Positions 24,872 to 35,050 of a DNA stretch of 63,081 nt are shown here, piece by piece. The notes beneath the pieces were generated by a model. The model was not told the DNA's origin and did not search any database. It saw only the letters and a list, made by a program, of their open reading frames with translations. Both the position numbers and the translations under genes were made by a program. Origin of the DNA: Candidatus Angelobacter sp. (GTDB taxonomy: Bacteria > Acidobacteriota > Terriglobia > Terriglobales > Acidobacteriaceae); the NCBI GenBank assembly GCA_035277785.1, contig DATEJX010000086.1, positions 1-63,081 on the forward strand, read 5' to 3'. Position 1 is the stretch's first letter. Each line of letters begins with the position of its first letter.

Positions 24872-27328
24872 ATGGAAAAAGCCCTGCAGGATTTCCGCCA
24901 CGCCATTCGATCGCTCTTTAACGCGCCGGCATTCACAACCGCGGCTGTGCTGACCCTCGCGCTCGGGATTGGGGCAAACACCGCCATCTTCAGCGTGATT
25001 GAGGCGGTGATACTGCGTCCGCTGCCGTATCGCGACTACTCCCGTCTGTTTCTCATCACCGATGCTCAGAACGTGGACAACGGTGGATTCCTCTACAAAG
25101 ATTTCGCCGCCTTCAGGGAACAGAGCCGTAGCTTCGAAGACCTGGCCATCTACTTCCGGGATAGCGGCTATTCCCGCTCAACATTAAGCGTGGGAAATGA
25201 GCCGCAGCAGGTGCAGGGCGCCTGGGTTGCCGCAAGCCTCTTCCCGATGATGGGCGTAGGCCCGGAGATAGGGCGGGTTTTTACGCACGAAGAGGAGGCC
25301 AGGCGGGAACGGGTTGTGCTTCTGAGCCATCGCGTGTGGCGGCAAAGTTTTGCCGGTTCGCGCGACGTTCTTGGCAAATCAATCACGATCAACGGTTCAC
25401 CATTTCTGGTCATTGGAGTAATGCCGGAGGCCTTTCAATTCCCTGCCCGCGACCAGATGTTTTGGGCGCCGTTGACCACCAATCCGTACTTGAATGACCC
25501 GGCTCTCACAACCAACATTGATCCACGGCATTCTGCCGGCTTTTATCAACGTTGGCAGGTGATTGGTAGATTGCGCAACGATGCGAGCTTGCGTGCGGCA
25601 CAGCTCGAAACTGATATGGTCCTCCAGCAGCTTGCGGTACAAGACCCTGATGCTTTTCGTGTACGTGCCCTGCGCCTTGCGCCATTGAAGGTAACCGTCA
25701 GCGGCAACACTCGCCTCGCGCTTACCATGCTGTTCGTTGCGGTGGGATTCGTCCTGCTGATTGCCTGCACAAATGTCGCAAATCTGGTTTTGGCGCGCGG
25801 TACGGCTCGAGCACGCGAGATGGCGATTCGAGCTGCTGTCGGCGCCAGTCGAAGCAGACTGATTCGGCAACTCCTTGGCGAATCGTTGGTTCTTGCCGTT
25901 ACCGGCGCCACGTTCGGTACGCTCCTGGCTCTGGGCGGCGTTCGTTTATTGCATGCATTCGCACCGGAAAATATCCCTCGCCTTGAGCAGGCCAGAATCG
26001 ACATGCCGGTGCTGTTGTTCACCCTCACATTGTCGCTGCTTGTTACCGTTCTATGTGGACTGGGTCCTGCATTGCACATTTCCCGTCGCGATCCACAGGA
26101 AGCGCTCGGGTTCGTAACTCACAATGCAACCTCTCCTGCACGGTTCGGCCGTGCGCGCAACCTGCTTGTTGTGGCAGAGTTTGCCATTGCGCTGGTCCTT
26201 CTTAGTGGTGCTGGTCTTCTGCTCAGAAGCCTTCTTGCAGTTGAATCGGTTGATCCCGGTTTTGAGGCGCGTCATGTTCTCACGCTGCGCATGACCGTTG
26301 CAGGCCGCTCGCCCGCCGCCATCGCGGCACTGCATGAGCAGGTGCTCAAACGACTCCGCAGTCTTCCTGGCGTGGAGTACTCGGGCGCTGTCAACGAGCT
26401 GTTGGAGCCGGGGCCGCCTAACCTGTTGGGCTTGCGTGCAATTGAGGGTCGCTCGGCGGAGCCGAAAGCGCAGTGGACTCCGCTGACGTGGACCACCGTA
26501 AGTGGTGACTACTTTCAGGCAATGGGAACCACCCTGCTGAAGGGACGTTACTTCAGCGACCAGGACACTGCTGGCTCGCCGTTGGTAGTCATAATTGATG
26601 AGAGCATGGCTCGCCGGTATTGGCCCAACCATGACCCGGTTGGCTCACATATTAAGGGACAGGACCCACGCGGCCACAATGACGAATGGCTCACGATCAT
26701 AGGTGTGGTGCGCGACATGCGTCGAAGAGGCCTGGAAAATGCTCCCAGTCCTCATGTATATGAGTGGTCTCGCCAGGCAGGAGTTGGTGGAACAGAAAGT
26801 TTCGTCGTGCGTACCGCAGGCGATCCGCGTGTTTTGGCCGCTAACCTGCATGCCGCTGTGCGCGCCGAGGATTCATCAGCGATTCTTTCCGGCGTGAACA
26901 CCATTGAAGATTTGCTGTCCGATCAACTCGCATCCCGCCGTTTCCAGACATCGCTTCTCGCACTGTTCTCTTCATTCGCGCTGCTGCTTGCCGGCCTCGG
27001 TATTTTCGGTGTCATGCAATACACGGTCGCGCAACGCAGGCATGAGATCGCTGTCCGGGTAGCTCTGGGCGCGCGGCCGGTGCAGGTGGTGCGAATGGTG
27101 CAAACTGAAGGGCTGCGGCTGGCGCTGGCTGGCGTATCCCTTGGCGTCATCGGCGCGCTTACTTTGTCACCGCTCATCTCCAGCCTGTTGTTTGGTGTGC
27201 CCGCGGCAGACCCCTTCACCTTCATCTCTGTTGTGAGTACGTTGGTGGTGGTTGCCCTGGTCGCGTGTTATGTTCCAGCGCGCCGGGCCGCTCACGTTGA
27301 CCCAATCGAGGCGCTTCGATGCGAGTGA
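24872..27328 (+). CDS. ADOP-family duplicated MacB-like ABC permease (two MacB-periplasmic + FtsX modules, 818 aa), with no ATPase partner
   Basis: ATG follows GAGGTGG. N-terminus ..FRHAIRSLFNAPAFT..VLTLALGIGANTAIFSV is characteristic of this family. The arrangement is duplicated (TM, large periplasmic domain, 3 TM). The C-terminus ..ARRAAHVDPIEALRCE is typical. Confidence 0.9.
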   Translation: MEKALQDFRHAIRSLFNAPAFTTAAVLTLALGIGANTAIFSVIEAVILRPLPYRDYSRLFLITDAQNVDNGGFLYKDFAAFREQSRSFEDLAIYFRDSGYSRSTLSVGNEPQQVQGAWVAASLFPMMGVGPEIGRVFTHEEEARRERVVLLSHRVWRQSFAGSRDVLGKSITINGSPFLVIGVMPEAFQFPARDQMFWAPLTTNPYLNDPALTTNIDPRHSAGFYQRWQVIGRLRNDASLRAAQLETDMVLQQLAVQDPDAFRVRALRLAPLKVTVSGNTRLALTMLFVAVGFVLLIACTNVANLVLARGTARAREMAIRAAVGASRSRLIRQLLGESLVLAVTGATFGTLLALGGVRLLHAFAPENIPRLEQARIDMPVLLFTLTLSLLVTVLCGLGPALHISRRDPQEALGFVTHNATSPARFGRARNLLVVAEFAIALVLLSGAGLLLRSLLAVESVDPGFEARHVLTLRMTVAGRSPAAIAALHEQVLKRLRSLPGVEYSGAVNELLEPGPPNLLGLRAIEGRSAEPKAQWTPLTWTTVSGDYFQAMGTTLLKGRYFSDQDTAGSPLVVIIDESMARRYWPNHDPVGSHIKGQDPRGHNDEWLTIIGVVRDMRRRGLENAPSPHVYEWSRQAGVGGTESFVVRTAGDPRVLAANLHAAVRAEDSSAILSGVNTIEDLLSDQLASRRFQTSLLALFSSFALLLAGLGIFGVMQYTVAQRRHEIAVRVALGARPVQVVRMVQTEGLRLALAGVSLGVIGALTLSPLISSLLFGVPAADPFTFISVVSTLVVVALVACYVPARRAAHVDPIEALRCE

Positions 27329-27362
27329 TGGAGTCAGAAGGGTTCTGTTTGCAGCTGTAATT

Positions 27363-27986
27363 TCACAGCCACCCTTTTTCTCGTGCAATTCTTGCTGCTT
27401 CCACGCGGTTTGACGCTCCCATCTTACTGATGGCTTCAGACAGATAATTGCGGACCGTGCCATCGCTCAATCCGATTCGCGTTGCAATGTCCACCGTAGC
27501 CATTCCTTCAGCAGCCATGCGCAGGACTTGTCGCTCGCGGTCAGTCAGGGGATCAGCCTCCGTCCAGGCCTCGCTTGCGAGTTCCGGGTCAATGACGCGC
27601 AAGCCTCGATGCACGCGGCGCACAGCATCGGCCAGCTTATCCGCCGGCATGTCTTTGAGAAGGTAGGCGGACGCGCCGGCCTCCAGAGCCCGCCGCAAAT
27701 ATCCGGGTCGCGCAAAAGTGGTAAGAATGATGATCCGCGTGCGCTGATTGCTGCGTTTCATCTCAGCGGCGATTTCAAGCCCGGTAAGCTCCGGCATTTC
27801 AATATCAGTGATCAGTACATCAGGTTTCTCGCGTTCCACGGCACTCAGCGCGAGCTTCCCATTTCTCGCCCGGGCCACCACTTCAATGTCAGACTCCATT
27901 TCCAGCAACGCAACCAGGGCGCCCAACACCATGGCCTGATCTTCCGCTATAACTACACGGATCGGCCGTTCTGCGCTGGAGCTCAC
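27363..27986 (-). CDS. NarL/LuxR-family response regulator with a canonical receiver (207 aa)
   Basis: GTG 27986 overlaps the kinase stop in a GTGA overlap. Receiver with AEDQ, phospho-acceptor context DVLITDIEMP, and K in YLLKD. C-terminal LuxR HTH (LTDRERQVLRMAAEGMATVDIATRIGLSDGTVRNYLS). Confidence 0.9.
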   Translation of the reverse strand: MSSSAERPIRVVIAEDQAMVLGALVALLEMESDIEVVARARNGKLALSAVEREKPDVLITDIEMPELTGLEIAAEMKRSNQRTRIIILTTFARPGYLRRALEAGASAYLLKDMPADKLADAVRRVHRGLRVIDPELASEAWTEADPLTDRERQVLRMAAEGMATVDIATRIGLSDGTVRNYLSEAISKMGASNRVEAARIAREKGWL

Positions 27987-29065
27987 GAACAGTGGTCTCC
28001 CTCCCGTAGCGGCAGTGATACAGCAAGGCTGCATCCATCGGCCACACGACGTGTCACGGTCCCTCCCAGAGCTTCTGCGCGCTCGCGCATTCCCCGCAAG
28101 CCGCTTCCTTCTTCCGCGGAGCCGCCGCGGCCATTGTCAACCACTTCCATGGCGCACTGGCCATCGCTGACTCGCACACGAATCGTGCATTGGGTTGCGT
28201 TGGCGTGACGTACAACATTCGTGACCGCCTCACGCAACGCCAGCGCCATCGCATTTTCGCGTGTGGGCGCCAGAGTGATGGAATCCATCTGGCACTCCAC
28301 CGCTACTCCTGCCGTTTCCAGCGTAGCTTTGGCGCGGGCCACTTCTGACGCCAGATTGCCCGCGCGATAGCCACGTACGGCCTGACGCACCTCGCTCAGC
28401 GCATTTCGCGATACCTGCTCCAGTTCCCGGATCTCATGCCGCGCCCGCGCAGGATCATGGTCCAGCAGTTTCCCGGCAAGCTCGGATTTCAGCACGATGA
28501 GCGAAAGCGTATGTCCCAGCAGGTCGTGCAGATCGCGCGCAATGCGCTCCCGCTCTGCCACTTTTGCCAGGCGCTCAATTTCGTCGTAGGCAAGCTGCAG
28601 CTTGGCATTGGCAACTTTGCGTTGCGCCGCATGGATGCAGATCGCGCCCACAAAGATCGAGCATGTCACAGCTGGAATCCAGAACGGTCCTGGCAAATGC
28701 AAAACGAGCGACTCAACTGCGACCACGCCGACAATGACACAAATAATGATCCAGGCCATTGTTACTGATCCGGCAAAGGCTCCCGCTGCTGCCGCATAAA
28801 TAAAGAACACAGACGCTCCCGGATTGAACGGTCCATACACCACTCCCAGCGCCGCCATTCCTGCGATCACCCACAGCTGTTTGGGAGCCTTCACCCAGTG
28901 CGAGAGGAAATAAAGCGGCAGGAAGGTGATGATGCCCAGGCCCATCAACGCCAGTTTCAGCGCTCCAGCGTGCTCCGCCAGCGGATAAATCACAAAGAAT
29001 GACAAGTACATCAGATACGCGTACGGAAGCCAGCTGATGTCCTTGTCTTTGGGAAGTAGTCGCAT
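27983..29065 (-). CDS. Membrane sensor histidine kinase, HisKA_3 (DesK/LiaS-like) type (360 aa)
   Basis: Five to six N-terminal TM helices with no large periplasmic domain. H-box RIARDLHDLLGHTLS. C-terminal HATPase motifs (..NVVRHANA.., DNGRG, GLRGMRERAEALGG). Confidence 0.9.
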   Translation of the reverse strand: MRLLPKDKDISWLPYAYLMYLSFFVIYPLAEHAGALKLALMGLGIITFLPLYFLSHWVKAPKQLWVIAGMAALGVVYGPFNPGASVFFIYAAAAGAFAGSVTMAWIIICVIVGVVAVESLVLHLPGPFWIPAVTCSIFVGAICIHAAQRKVANAKLQLAYDEIERLAKVAERERIARDLHDLLGHTLSLIVLKSELAGKLLDHDPARARHEIRELEQVSRNALSEVRQAVRGYRAGNLASEVARAKATLETAGVAVECQMDSITLAPTRENAMALALREAVTNVVRHANATQCTIRVRVSDGQCAMEVVDNGRGGSAEEGSGLRGMRERAEALGGTVTRRVADGCSLAVSLPLREGDHCS

Positions 29066-29078
29066 CGCTCACCTCATT

Positions 29079-29885
29079 TTATCCATAAGTCTTCTGCTCA
29101 TCGCGCCGGAATCCAAGCCAGGCGAGTCCAATGCCAATCGCAGCTGAACTCGCCAGTCCCAGAATGTGGTTGACAATCGTTCCATGCCCATACCCGAGTA
29201 CCAGGAGAGCCAACTGTCCCAGATGATAAGGCGGCAGCGCCGGCGCAATCCTCTGCAGTACATGCGGCAGCATATTCACCGGGAGCCACAGGCCGGAACA
29301 GAAGGAAAGCGGCAGATAGAGCAGATTCACAATCGCCGGCGCTGAATTTGGCCCCACGAAGTAGGAAATAGCCAGTCCCAAAGCGCAAAACGGTATGGAA
29401 CCGAGCACCAGTACCAGAAAAAGCGCCGCTCCCTGCAGCAGGGAAAGATGCACAGATCCGGCTGTTACTCCAACCAGCATCAGCACCAGAACAATCACCG
29501 TGCTGAAGGCCATGCAAGTAAACAGCTTGGCGACAATGTAAGCCGCGGGAGGCATGGGGCTCGCGCGCTTCACTTGCAGCCATCCCTGCCCACGCTCCAT
29601 CGCTATTCCTACTCCAAATCCGAACAATGACGCACCAATCACTCCAAAGGCGCCGTAACTGGCCAGGAGGTACCGCGGCACGTCCACTCCTCCAGACCCC
29701 TGTTTGCCGAAGATCACCCCAAACAGAACGTAAAACATCACCGGGAAAGCGATGCTCGCCACCGAATAAACGGGCAGGCGCAACATCTTCAGCAAATCGA
29801 AGCGAGCTTCATTTATGTAGGGCCGCAAGCTAATGGATGGGCTTCCCGCGCCAACTTGCGACCGGCTAACCGCAGACGCACTCAT
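29079..29885 (-). CDS. ABC-2 type transporter permease (268 aa)
   Basis: Six predicted TM helices. ATGA overlap with the upstream ATPase gene. Confidence 0.85.
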   Translation of the reverse strand: MSASAVSRSQVGAGSPSISLRPYINEARFDLLKMLRLPVYSVASIAFPVMFYVLFGVIFGKQGSGGVDVPRYLLASYGAFGVIGASLFGFGVGIAMERGQGWLQVKRASPMPPAAYIVAKLFTCMAFSTVIVLVLMLVGVTAGSVHLSLLQGAALFLVLVLGSIPFCALGLAISYFVGPNSAPAIVNLLYLPLSFCSGLWLPVNMLPHVLQRIAPALPPYHLGQLALLVLGYGHGTIVNHILGLASSAAIGIGLAWLGFRRDEQKTYG

Positions 29886-30811
29886 TGATACACCTCCTGT
29901 TTGATAACCACTGGATTTACTTGCGGACGCGTTAGCGCCAGAAACGCCTCGTCCAGGCTTGTGCTTGTGACTTCAAGTCCGGAAAGCCCGGGATCGCGGC
30001 TTATCAACGTACGAATCACGTTGTCAGGATCGGAAGCACGTATCTCCAGCGTTCCGCGGTTTTCCCGGACTTGGAGTACGCCGGCAAAACGTTTCACTTC
30101 GTCAGCCGTCAGCGCAGTGACGCACCGGATCAACTTCCCGCCGATGCTGCCCTTGATCTCTCCCGGCGTGCCGTGCGCGATCACAGTACCGTTGTTGATG
30201 ACCACAATCCTGTCAGACAGCGAGTCAGCTTCTTCAAGGTAGTGAGTGGTGAGGATGATGGTCTTGCCGCGTGCCACCAGGTCACGCACCCGGTCCCACA
30301 AACCGTGGCGTGCCTCCACATCCATCCCCACGGTGGGTTCGTCCAGCACGATGAGGTCCGGATTTCCGCATATAGCCAGAGCGAACAGCACGCGCTGCTT
30401 TTGCCCGCCGGACAGCTCGCCAAAGAGGCGGCCGGCAACGCTTTCCAGCCCAGCCAAAGCAATTGTTTCCGCACACGGAAGCGGCTGAGGATAATAGCTG
30501 GAGAAAAGTTCGATGTGCTCTCTTACCCGCAATGTTTCTGGGACTTTTCCTACCTGCAGCATCGCCCCGATGCGCACTCGAACGCTTGCATTGCTGGGAT
30601 CTCCGCCAAACACTGTCACGCGGCCGTGGTTCGGCCGCATCATTCCCAGCAGCAACCGCACCGCAGTGGTCTTGCCCGCGCCGTTTGGCCCCAGCAACCC
30701 CAAAATCCGGCCTTGTGGTATGGCCAGACCAACGTCATTTAATGCGGTAACGTTGCCGAATCTTTTGGTCACTCGCTCGAGTCGCGCGACCACATTGTTG
30801 CTTTCTGACAT
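29882..30811 (-). CDS. ABC transporter ATP-binding protein (309 aa)
   Basis: Walker A GPNGAGKTT, signature LSGGQKQR, Walker B LIVLDEPT. AGGAGG lies 5 nt upstream of the ATG. Confidence 0.95.
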   Translation of the reverse strand: MSESNNVVARLERVTKRFGNVTALNDVGLAIPQGRILGLLGPNGAGKTTAVRLLLGMMRPNHGRVTVFGGDPSNASVRVRIGAMLQVGKVPETLRVREHIELFSSYYPQPLPCAETIALAGLESVAGRLFGELSGGQKQRVLFALAICGNPDLIVLDEPTVGMDVEARHGLWDRVRDLVARGKTIILTTHYLEEADSLSDRIVVINNGTVIAHGTPGEIKGSIGGKLIRCVTALTADEVKRFAGVLQVRENRGTLEIRASDPDNVIRTLISRDPGLSGLEVTSTSLDEAFLALTRPQVNPVVIKQEVYQ

Positions 30812-31187
30812 GCAGACCTCCTGAATCGCCTTTGCGGCTCTGAGGCCATGATGCGTGCAGGAACGCGCTGGAAGTAGTGGGGAGTGTCATCCTCTTTGCA
30901 TGACATTCGTCATATGAGAGGCCTGCGCAAAGTAAGTACACCAACGCTGCCTTGCAAATGTTGTTCATTTCCGGACAGCAAGGTTTCAGTGGCGCACACT
31001 ATGAGGAATGTTCCTTCATTGTGCCAATGATCCTAAGCCGCTGGAGTGCAATAAGTTAGGCGTTTCTTGATTTCGGCCGTAAACCTGCAACTGGCTTTTT
31101 GATTGAACCAACTGCCAGACCTCTGCGTAACAGTATCGGGTCTGCATCCCGTTACCAATAGATATACGGAATCGAGTAAAAGCCATT

Positions 31188-33686
31188 ATGAATTTCGCCC
31201 GTCAATTGAAGTTTGCCCTTCGCGTTCTGCGCAAATCTCCCGGCTTTACCATCATGGCCGTGCTGATGCTGGCACTCGGCATCGGCGCCAGCACCGCGAT
31301 TTTCTCCATCGTCGAAGGTGTGCTGCTGCGGCCACTTCCTTTCCCTGAATCCAACCGATTGGTTGCCGTAGGTGACATTCTCCTGGGCGGACCTGCTGAC
31401 AGCAACGGCGGAATCAGCGTCACCGCGCCCGATGTGCTTGCCTATACCCGTGGCACTCACAGTTTTGAGAGCCTCGGCGGATATGGACAGACTTCGTATG
31501 AGCTCAGTGGTCTGGGAGAACCTGCAACCATCAACGCAGCCCGCCTTACTGCCGGAGTCTTTCCCAGCCTGCGCGTGGCGCCGCTCATCGGCCGCGTGTT
31601 CACGCAGGAGGAAGATGACCAGAAACAACAACTGGCAGTCCTGAGCTATGCAACCTGGCAAAGCCGCTTTCACGGTAATCAGCAGGTGCTCGGAAATAAG
31701 ATTCTGCTTGATCGCAAGCCGTACATCGTCATCGGCGTGATGCCGCGAAACTTCGAGTTCCCGCTGGTACCCGGTCAACTGAACCGCACTGAGTTATGGG
31801 TGCCCATGAGCTTTAACCACGATGAGCTAACCATTGGCGCGGCATCGTGGAATTTTCAGATGATCGGCCGGCTGAAAAATGGTGTCTCGGCGCAGCAGGC
31901 GCAAGCTGATGCTCAGAGTGTCGCTCAGGAGAGCATGCGCAACTATCCCTCATTTATGTCCAGCCTGCGCATCAGTGCGGTTGTCCGCTCTCTGCAGGAG
32001 GACACGGTTCAGCAGGCCCGTCCGTTGATCCGTACGCTGTTCCTGGCGGTAATCGTCGTGTTGCTGATTGCATGTGCAAATCTCGCCGGCTTGCTTCTGA
32101 TCCGGGCGATTCGTCGCCGCCGCGAAATCGCTGTGCGGCTTGCCTTGGGCGCACGTGGATCCGCACTGCTGGGCCAGGCAATCATGGAAGGGCTCATCCT
32201 CAGTCTTGCCGGCAGCCTGCTCGGACTGGGTTTGGCCGCGTACGCGTTACAACTAGGCAGGAGTCTTCTACCCGAAACGCTACCTCTCATCAACCAGATT
32301 CATATTGACTGGCGGGTCGCCATCTTTGCGCTGCTGCTGGGAGTGTTCACCGGGATCATCTGCGCGCTGGCTCCGGCTTTCGCCGCAATTCGTACCAGCC
32401 TGAGTCAAGATCTCAAAGATGGTGGCCGGACAGGCAGCGGCGGCACGGGCCATGCCCGGTTGCGGTCTGCGCTGGTCGTCGCAGAAATTGCCATCGCCAT
32501 GATGCTCGTGAGCGCGTCCGGCTTGTTGTTGCGCAGCTTTGAGAAGATGCGCTCGGTTCAGCTTGGGTTCCGTCCCGATCACACATTGACGGCCTACTAC
32601 TCACTACCGGTAAACCAATATGCCACTCAGTCCGCGATCGACGGATTTGACAAGGAGCTTCTAACCCGTCTGCAAAAACTTCCCGGAGTCACATCGGCTG
32701 GCATCGGTTCCCTCTTGCCGGAGTCGGGTGGCAACACAAACCAGGCGTTCGTGGTGGAGAATTATGTCCCGCCAAAAGGCGCCGGCCTGAATATGTGCTG
32801 GACGTCGCAACTGCTGGGCGATTATTTCCACGCCATGGGAATCGCGCTGCGCCGTGGCCGGACCTTCAATGAAGCTGATAACGCCCATTCTCAGCTCGTG
32901 GTCATCGTCAACCACAAACTGGCTGAGCACTACTGGCCCGGACAGGATCCTGTTGGCAAGCGGATTCGTTGGGGAATGGAGGAAACTCCCACGCCCTGGC
33001 TGACAGTGGTGGGCGAAGTGGATGATGTGAAACAGGACGCGCCTGACCAGGACACCAAGGAGCAGGCGTACCAGCCCGCGCAGCAGTCGTTGGCTTCCTA
33101 TGGTTCACTCGCCTCTTCCGTGTCCACAACGTTTGCGCTAACCGGTAATAGCGGATTCATCGTCCTGAGGACTGCTCTGCCTCCGCAAAATATGGAGAAC
33201 GCGATGCTCTCCACTGTGCGTTCCATCGATACTCAGCTTCCCCTCACTCAAATGCAAACCATGGAGCACGCCGTTTCCGCCAGCGAAGCTCCGCGCAGTT
33301 TTAATACCGGACTGATTACGGCTTTCGCTCTTGCCGGTGTACTGCTCGCACTGCTTGGCATCTATAGCATCATCGCCTTCACGGCCGCACTGCGCACGCA
33401 AGAGATGGCCATCCGTATGGCTCTGGGCTCGCAACGCTCTGGGATTCTCCGCCTGATGGTTACAGCCGGTGCCAAACTGGCAATTGCCGGATGTGCTCTT
33501 GGCTTGGCCGGAGCTTTCCTGGCTTCAGGCCTTCTGCGTGCGTTCCTCTTTGGGGTGAGTCCTTTTGACCCGGTTGTTCTGACGCTTGCTACAGCCTTTG
33601 TCTTGCTGCTGGCTGTCACTGTTTCACTGCTCCCGGCTCGCCGCGCAGCATCGACGAATCCTATACAGGCACTCCGGGCGGAGTGA
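31188..33686 (+). CDS. ADOP-family duplicated MacB-like ABC permease (832 aa), with no ATPase partner
   Basis: Same architecture and terminal signatures as 24872-27328 (..LRVLRKSPGFT..MLALGIGASTAIFS.. and ..ARRAASTNPIQALRAE). Confidence 0.9.
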   Translation: MNFARQLKFALRVLRKSPGFTIMAVLMLALGIGASTAIFSIVEGVLLRPLPFPESNRLVAVGDILLGGPADSNGGISVTAPDVLAYTRGTHSFESLGGYGQTSYELSGLGEPATINAARLTAGVFPSLRVAPLIGRVFTQEEDDQKQQLAVLSYATWQSRFHGNQQVLGNKILLDRKPYIVIGVMPRNFEFPLVPGQLNRTELWVPMSFNHDELTIGAASWNFQMIGRLKNGVSAQQAQADAQSVAQESMRNYPSFMSSLRISAVVRSLQEDTVQQARPLIRTLFLAVIVVLLIACANLAGLLLIRAIRRRREIAVRLALGARGSALLGQAIMEGLILSLAGSLLGLGLAAYALQLGRSLLPETLPLINQIHIDWRVAIFALLLGVFTGIICALAPAFAAIRTSLSQDLKDGGRTGSGGTGHARLRSALVVAEIAIAMMLVSASGLLLRSFEKMRSVQLGFRPDHTLTAYYSLPVNQYATQSAIDGFDKELLTRLQKLPGVTSAGIGSLLPESGGNTNQAFVVENYVPPKGAGLNMCWTSQLLGDYFHAMGIALRRGRTFNEADNAHSQLVVIVNHKLAEHYWPGQDPVGKRIRWGMEETPTPWLTVVGEVDDVKQDAPDQDTKEQAYQPAQQSLASYGSLASSVSTTFALTGNSGFIVLRTALPPQNMENAMLSTVRSIDTQLPLTQMQTMEHAVSASEAPRSFNTGLITAFALAGVLLALLGIYSIIAFTAALRTQEMAIRMALGSQRSGILRLMVTAGAKLAIAGCALGLAGAFLASGLLRAFLFGVSPFDPVVLTLATAFVLLLAVTVSLLPARRAASTNPIQALRAE

Positions 33687-33699
33687 GTTGAACTGGTCG

Positions 33700-34848
33700 C
33701 TATTGCAGGCTTTGTGTCGACGAACGTGGCTCAATGGCCAGCGGACGAACCCTGCTGACGAGTTCATCCAGAAATTGGTCAGGATGCATGAATACGGCAA
33801 AGTGTCCCGCACCATGGATGAGTACAAACGCCTTTTGTGGCGCTTGGATGGCTTTCAGGTAGTCCCGCGCGAGTGCGGTTGGGGTGGTGAAGTCTTCCGC
33901 GCCCTGGAAGAAAAACATCGGAATCGAAAATTTCAGGCCAAGCTCTTTCGGCCCACTTGATTTCGTCTGCGGAACCAAACGCTCCGCGCTGAACACCTGG
34001 CCAGCAGCGGAATCGTTAATGTCTTCTACGGAACAGCCGGGAGCAACCAATGTGAGTCCCAGCGTTGATGACAAAAATCGGTCCGCGCCTTCGAACGCAT
34101 TAGCCCATTTGCGCTGCACCCTAAACCCTTCCCCTGAGGAATATGGTGGCGGGCCAACTTTGCTCAGTTCCTCGATCGCGCGTTCATTTCCCAAAACTCG
34201 CGCCTTGTTAAGCAACGCATCATAGGCGGCAGCATAGTTTTTGGTTTCATCGGCCACTTGGCCGGTGCCTGCGTAAGCGTAGAAGAGATCCGGTCTGGTC
34301 TGCACCATCTTGAGGCCGATGATCGACCCAAATGAATGGGCTACCAGAACGATCTTCTGCTTCCCCAGATGTTTTCGCAGGTATTCCGCTAATTCAATTC
34401 CATCCTGTGCCATACGATCCACCGTGAGTGTGGACGCAATTCCAGGTCCTGACTTCTTCAGCGTACGTCCTGCACCCCGCTCGTCCCACTGCACGACCGT
34501 AAAATGCTCTTCCCATGGCGCAAACAGAGTCAGTGCCCAGCAACTGGTCACATCGCCGGGACCGCCGTGCAGGAACAGCAGTACAGGATTGGCGCGGTCC
34601 TGCCCATGAATCGTGATCCACTGCTCAATCCCACCAATCGAGACGAAGCTGGCTTCATCAATGCCATGGGACGACCGGATAGCGTACTGCTCCGCGTTGC
34701 GGGCCCGTACGAATGAAACCAGAGCATCGAATTTGCGATATTCCGGATCAAGCGGCGTGGGTTGCTGCGGGTCCTTGACAAACTGACCGAACGTTGCCCC
34801 TCCAGTGAAAATGAGCACAAAACTCCAAACAAATACTGAACGAAACAT
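33700..34848 (-). CDS. Secreted alpha/beta hydrolase, proline-iminopeptidase-like (382 aa)
   Basis: Signal-like N-terminus. HGGPG oxyanion motif. Nucleophile elbow VAHSFGS. C-terminal GAGH histidine context. Confidence 0.8.
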   Translation of the reverse strand: MFRSVFVWSFVLIFTGGATFGQFVKDPQQPTPLDPEYRKFDALVSFVRARNAEQYAIRSSHGIDEASFVSIGGIEQWITIHGQDRANPVLLFLHGGPGDVTSCWALTLFAPWEEHFTVVQWDERGAGRTLKKSGPGIASTLTVDRMAQDGIELAEYLRKHLGKQKIVLVAHSFGSIIGLKMVQTRPDLFYAYAGTGQVADETKNYAAAYDALLNKARVLGNERAIEELSKVGPPPYSSGEGFRVQRKWANAFEGADRFLSSTLGLTLVAPGCSVEDINDSAAGQVFSAERLVPQTKSSGPKELGLKFSIPMFFFQGAEDFTTPTALARDYLKAIQAPQKAFVLIHGAGHFAVFMHPDQFLDELVSRVRPLAIEPRSSTQSLQ

Positions 34849-34992
34849 GCCGTGTCACTCCCTGAAGAACCAATTAGGGATAATTACGCACGCAAAGCTG
34901 TCTCGGTTACATAAAAAATGAGTTATCTGAAATGCACGGCAAAAGTTAGCAATTGGACGACTTGAACATGCCATCGCGAACCGCTCCACAAA

Positions 34993-35021
34993 CGCAAAAA
35001 GCCTGCTCGTGTGAGCAGGCT
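34993..35021 (-). terminator. Rho-independent terminator downstream of the LuxR-type regulator (hairpin usable on both strands)
   Basis: AGCCTGCTC (35000-35008) pairs with GAGCAGGCT (35013-35021). On the minus strand it is followed by TTTTTGCGTTTG. Confidence 0.7.
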
Positions 35022-35050
35022 TTTCGAAGAGACAAACTTTCTTTAAGAGC

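Noticed and set aside
25546-26079. 177-aa and neighbouring antisense ORFs inside the first ADOP permease. Similar cases occur at 31152-31778, 30071-30742 and 38669-39277.
   Set aside because: They are antisense shadows of well-supported genes, and their translations are Arg-rich with no recognisable motifs.
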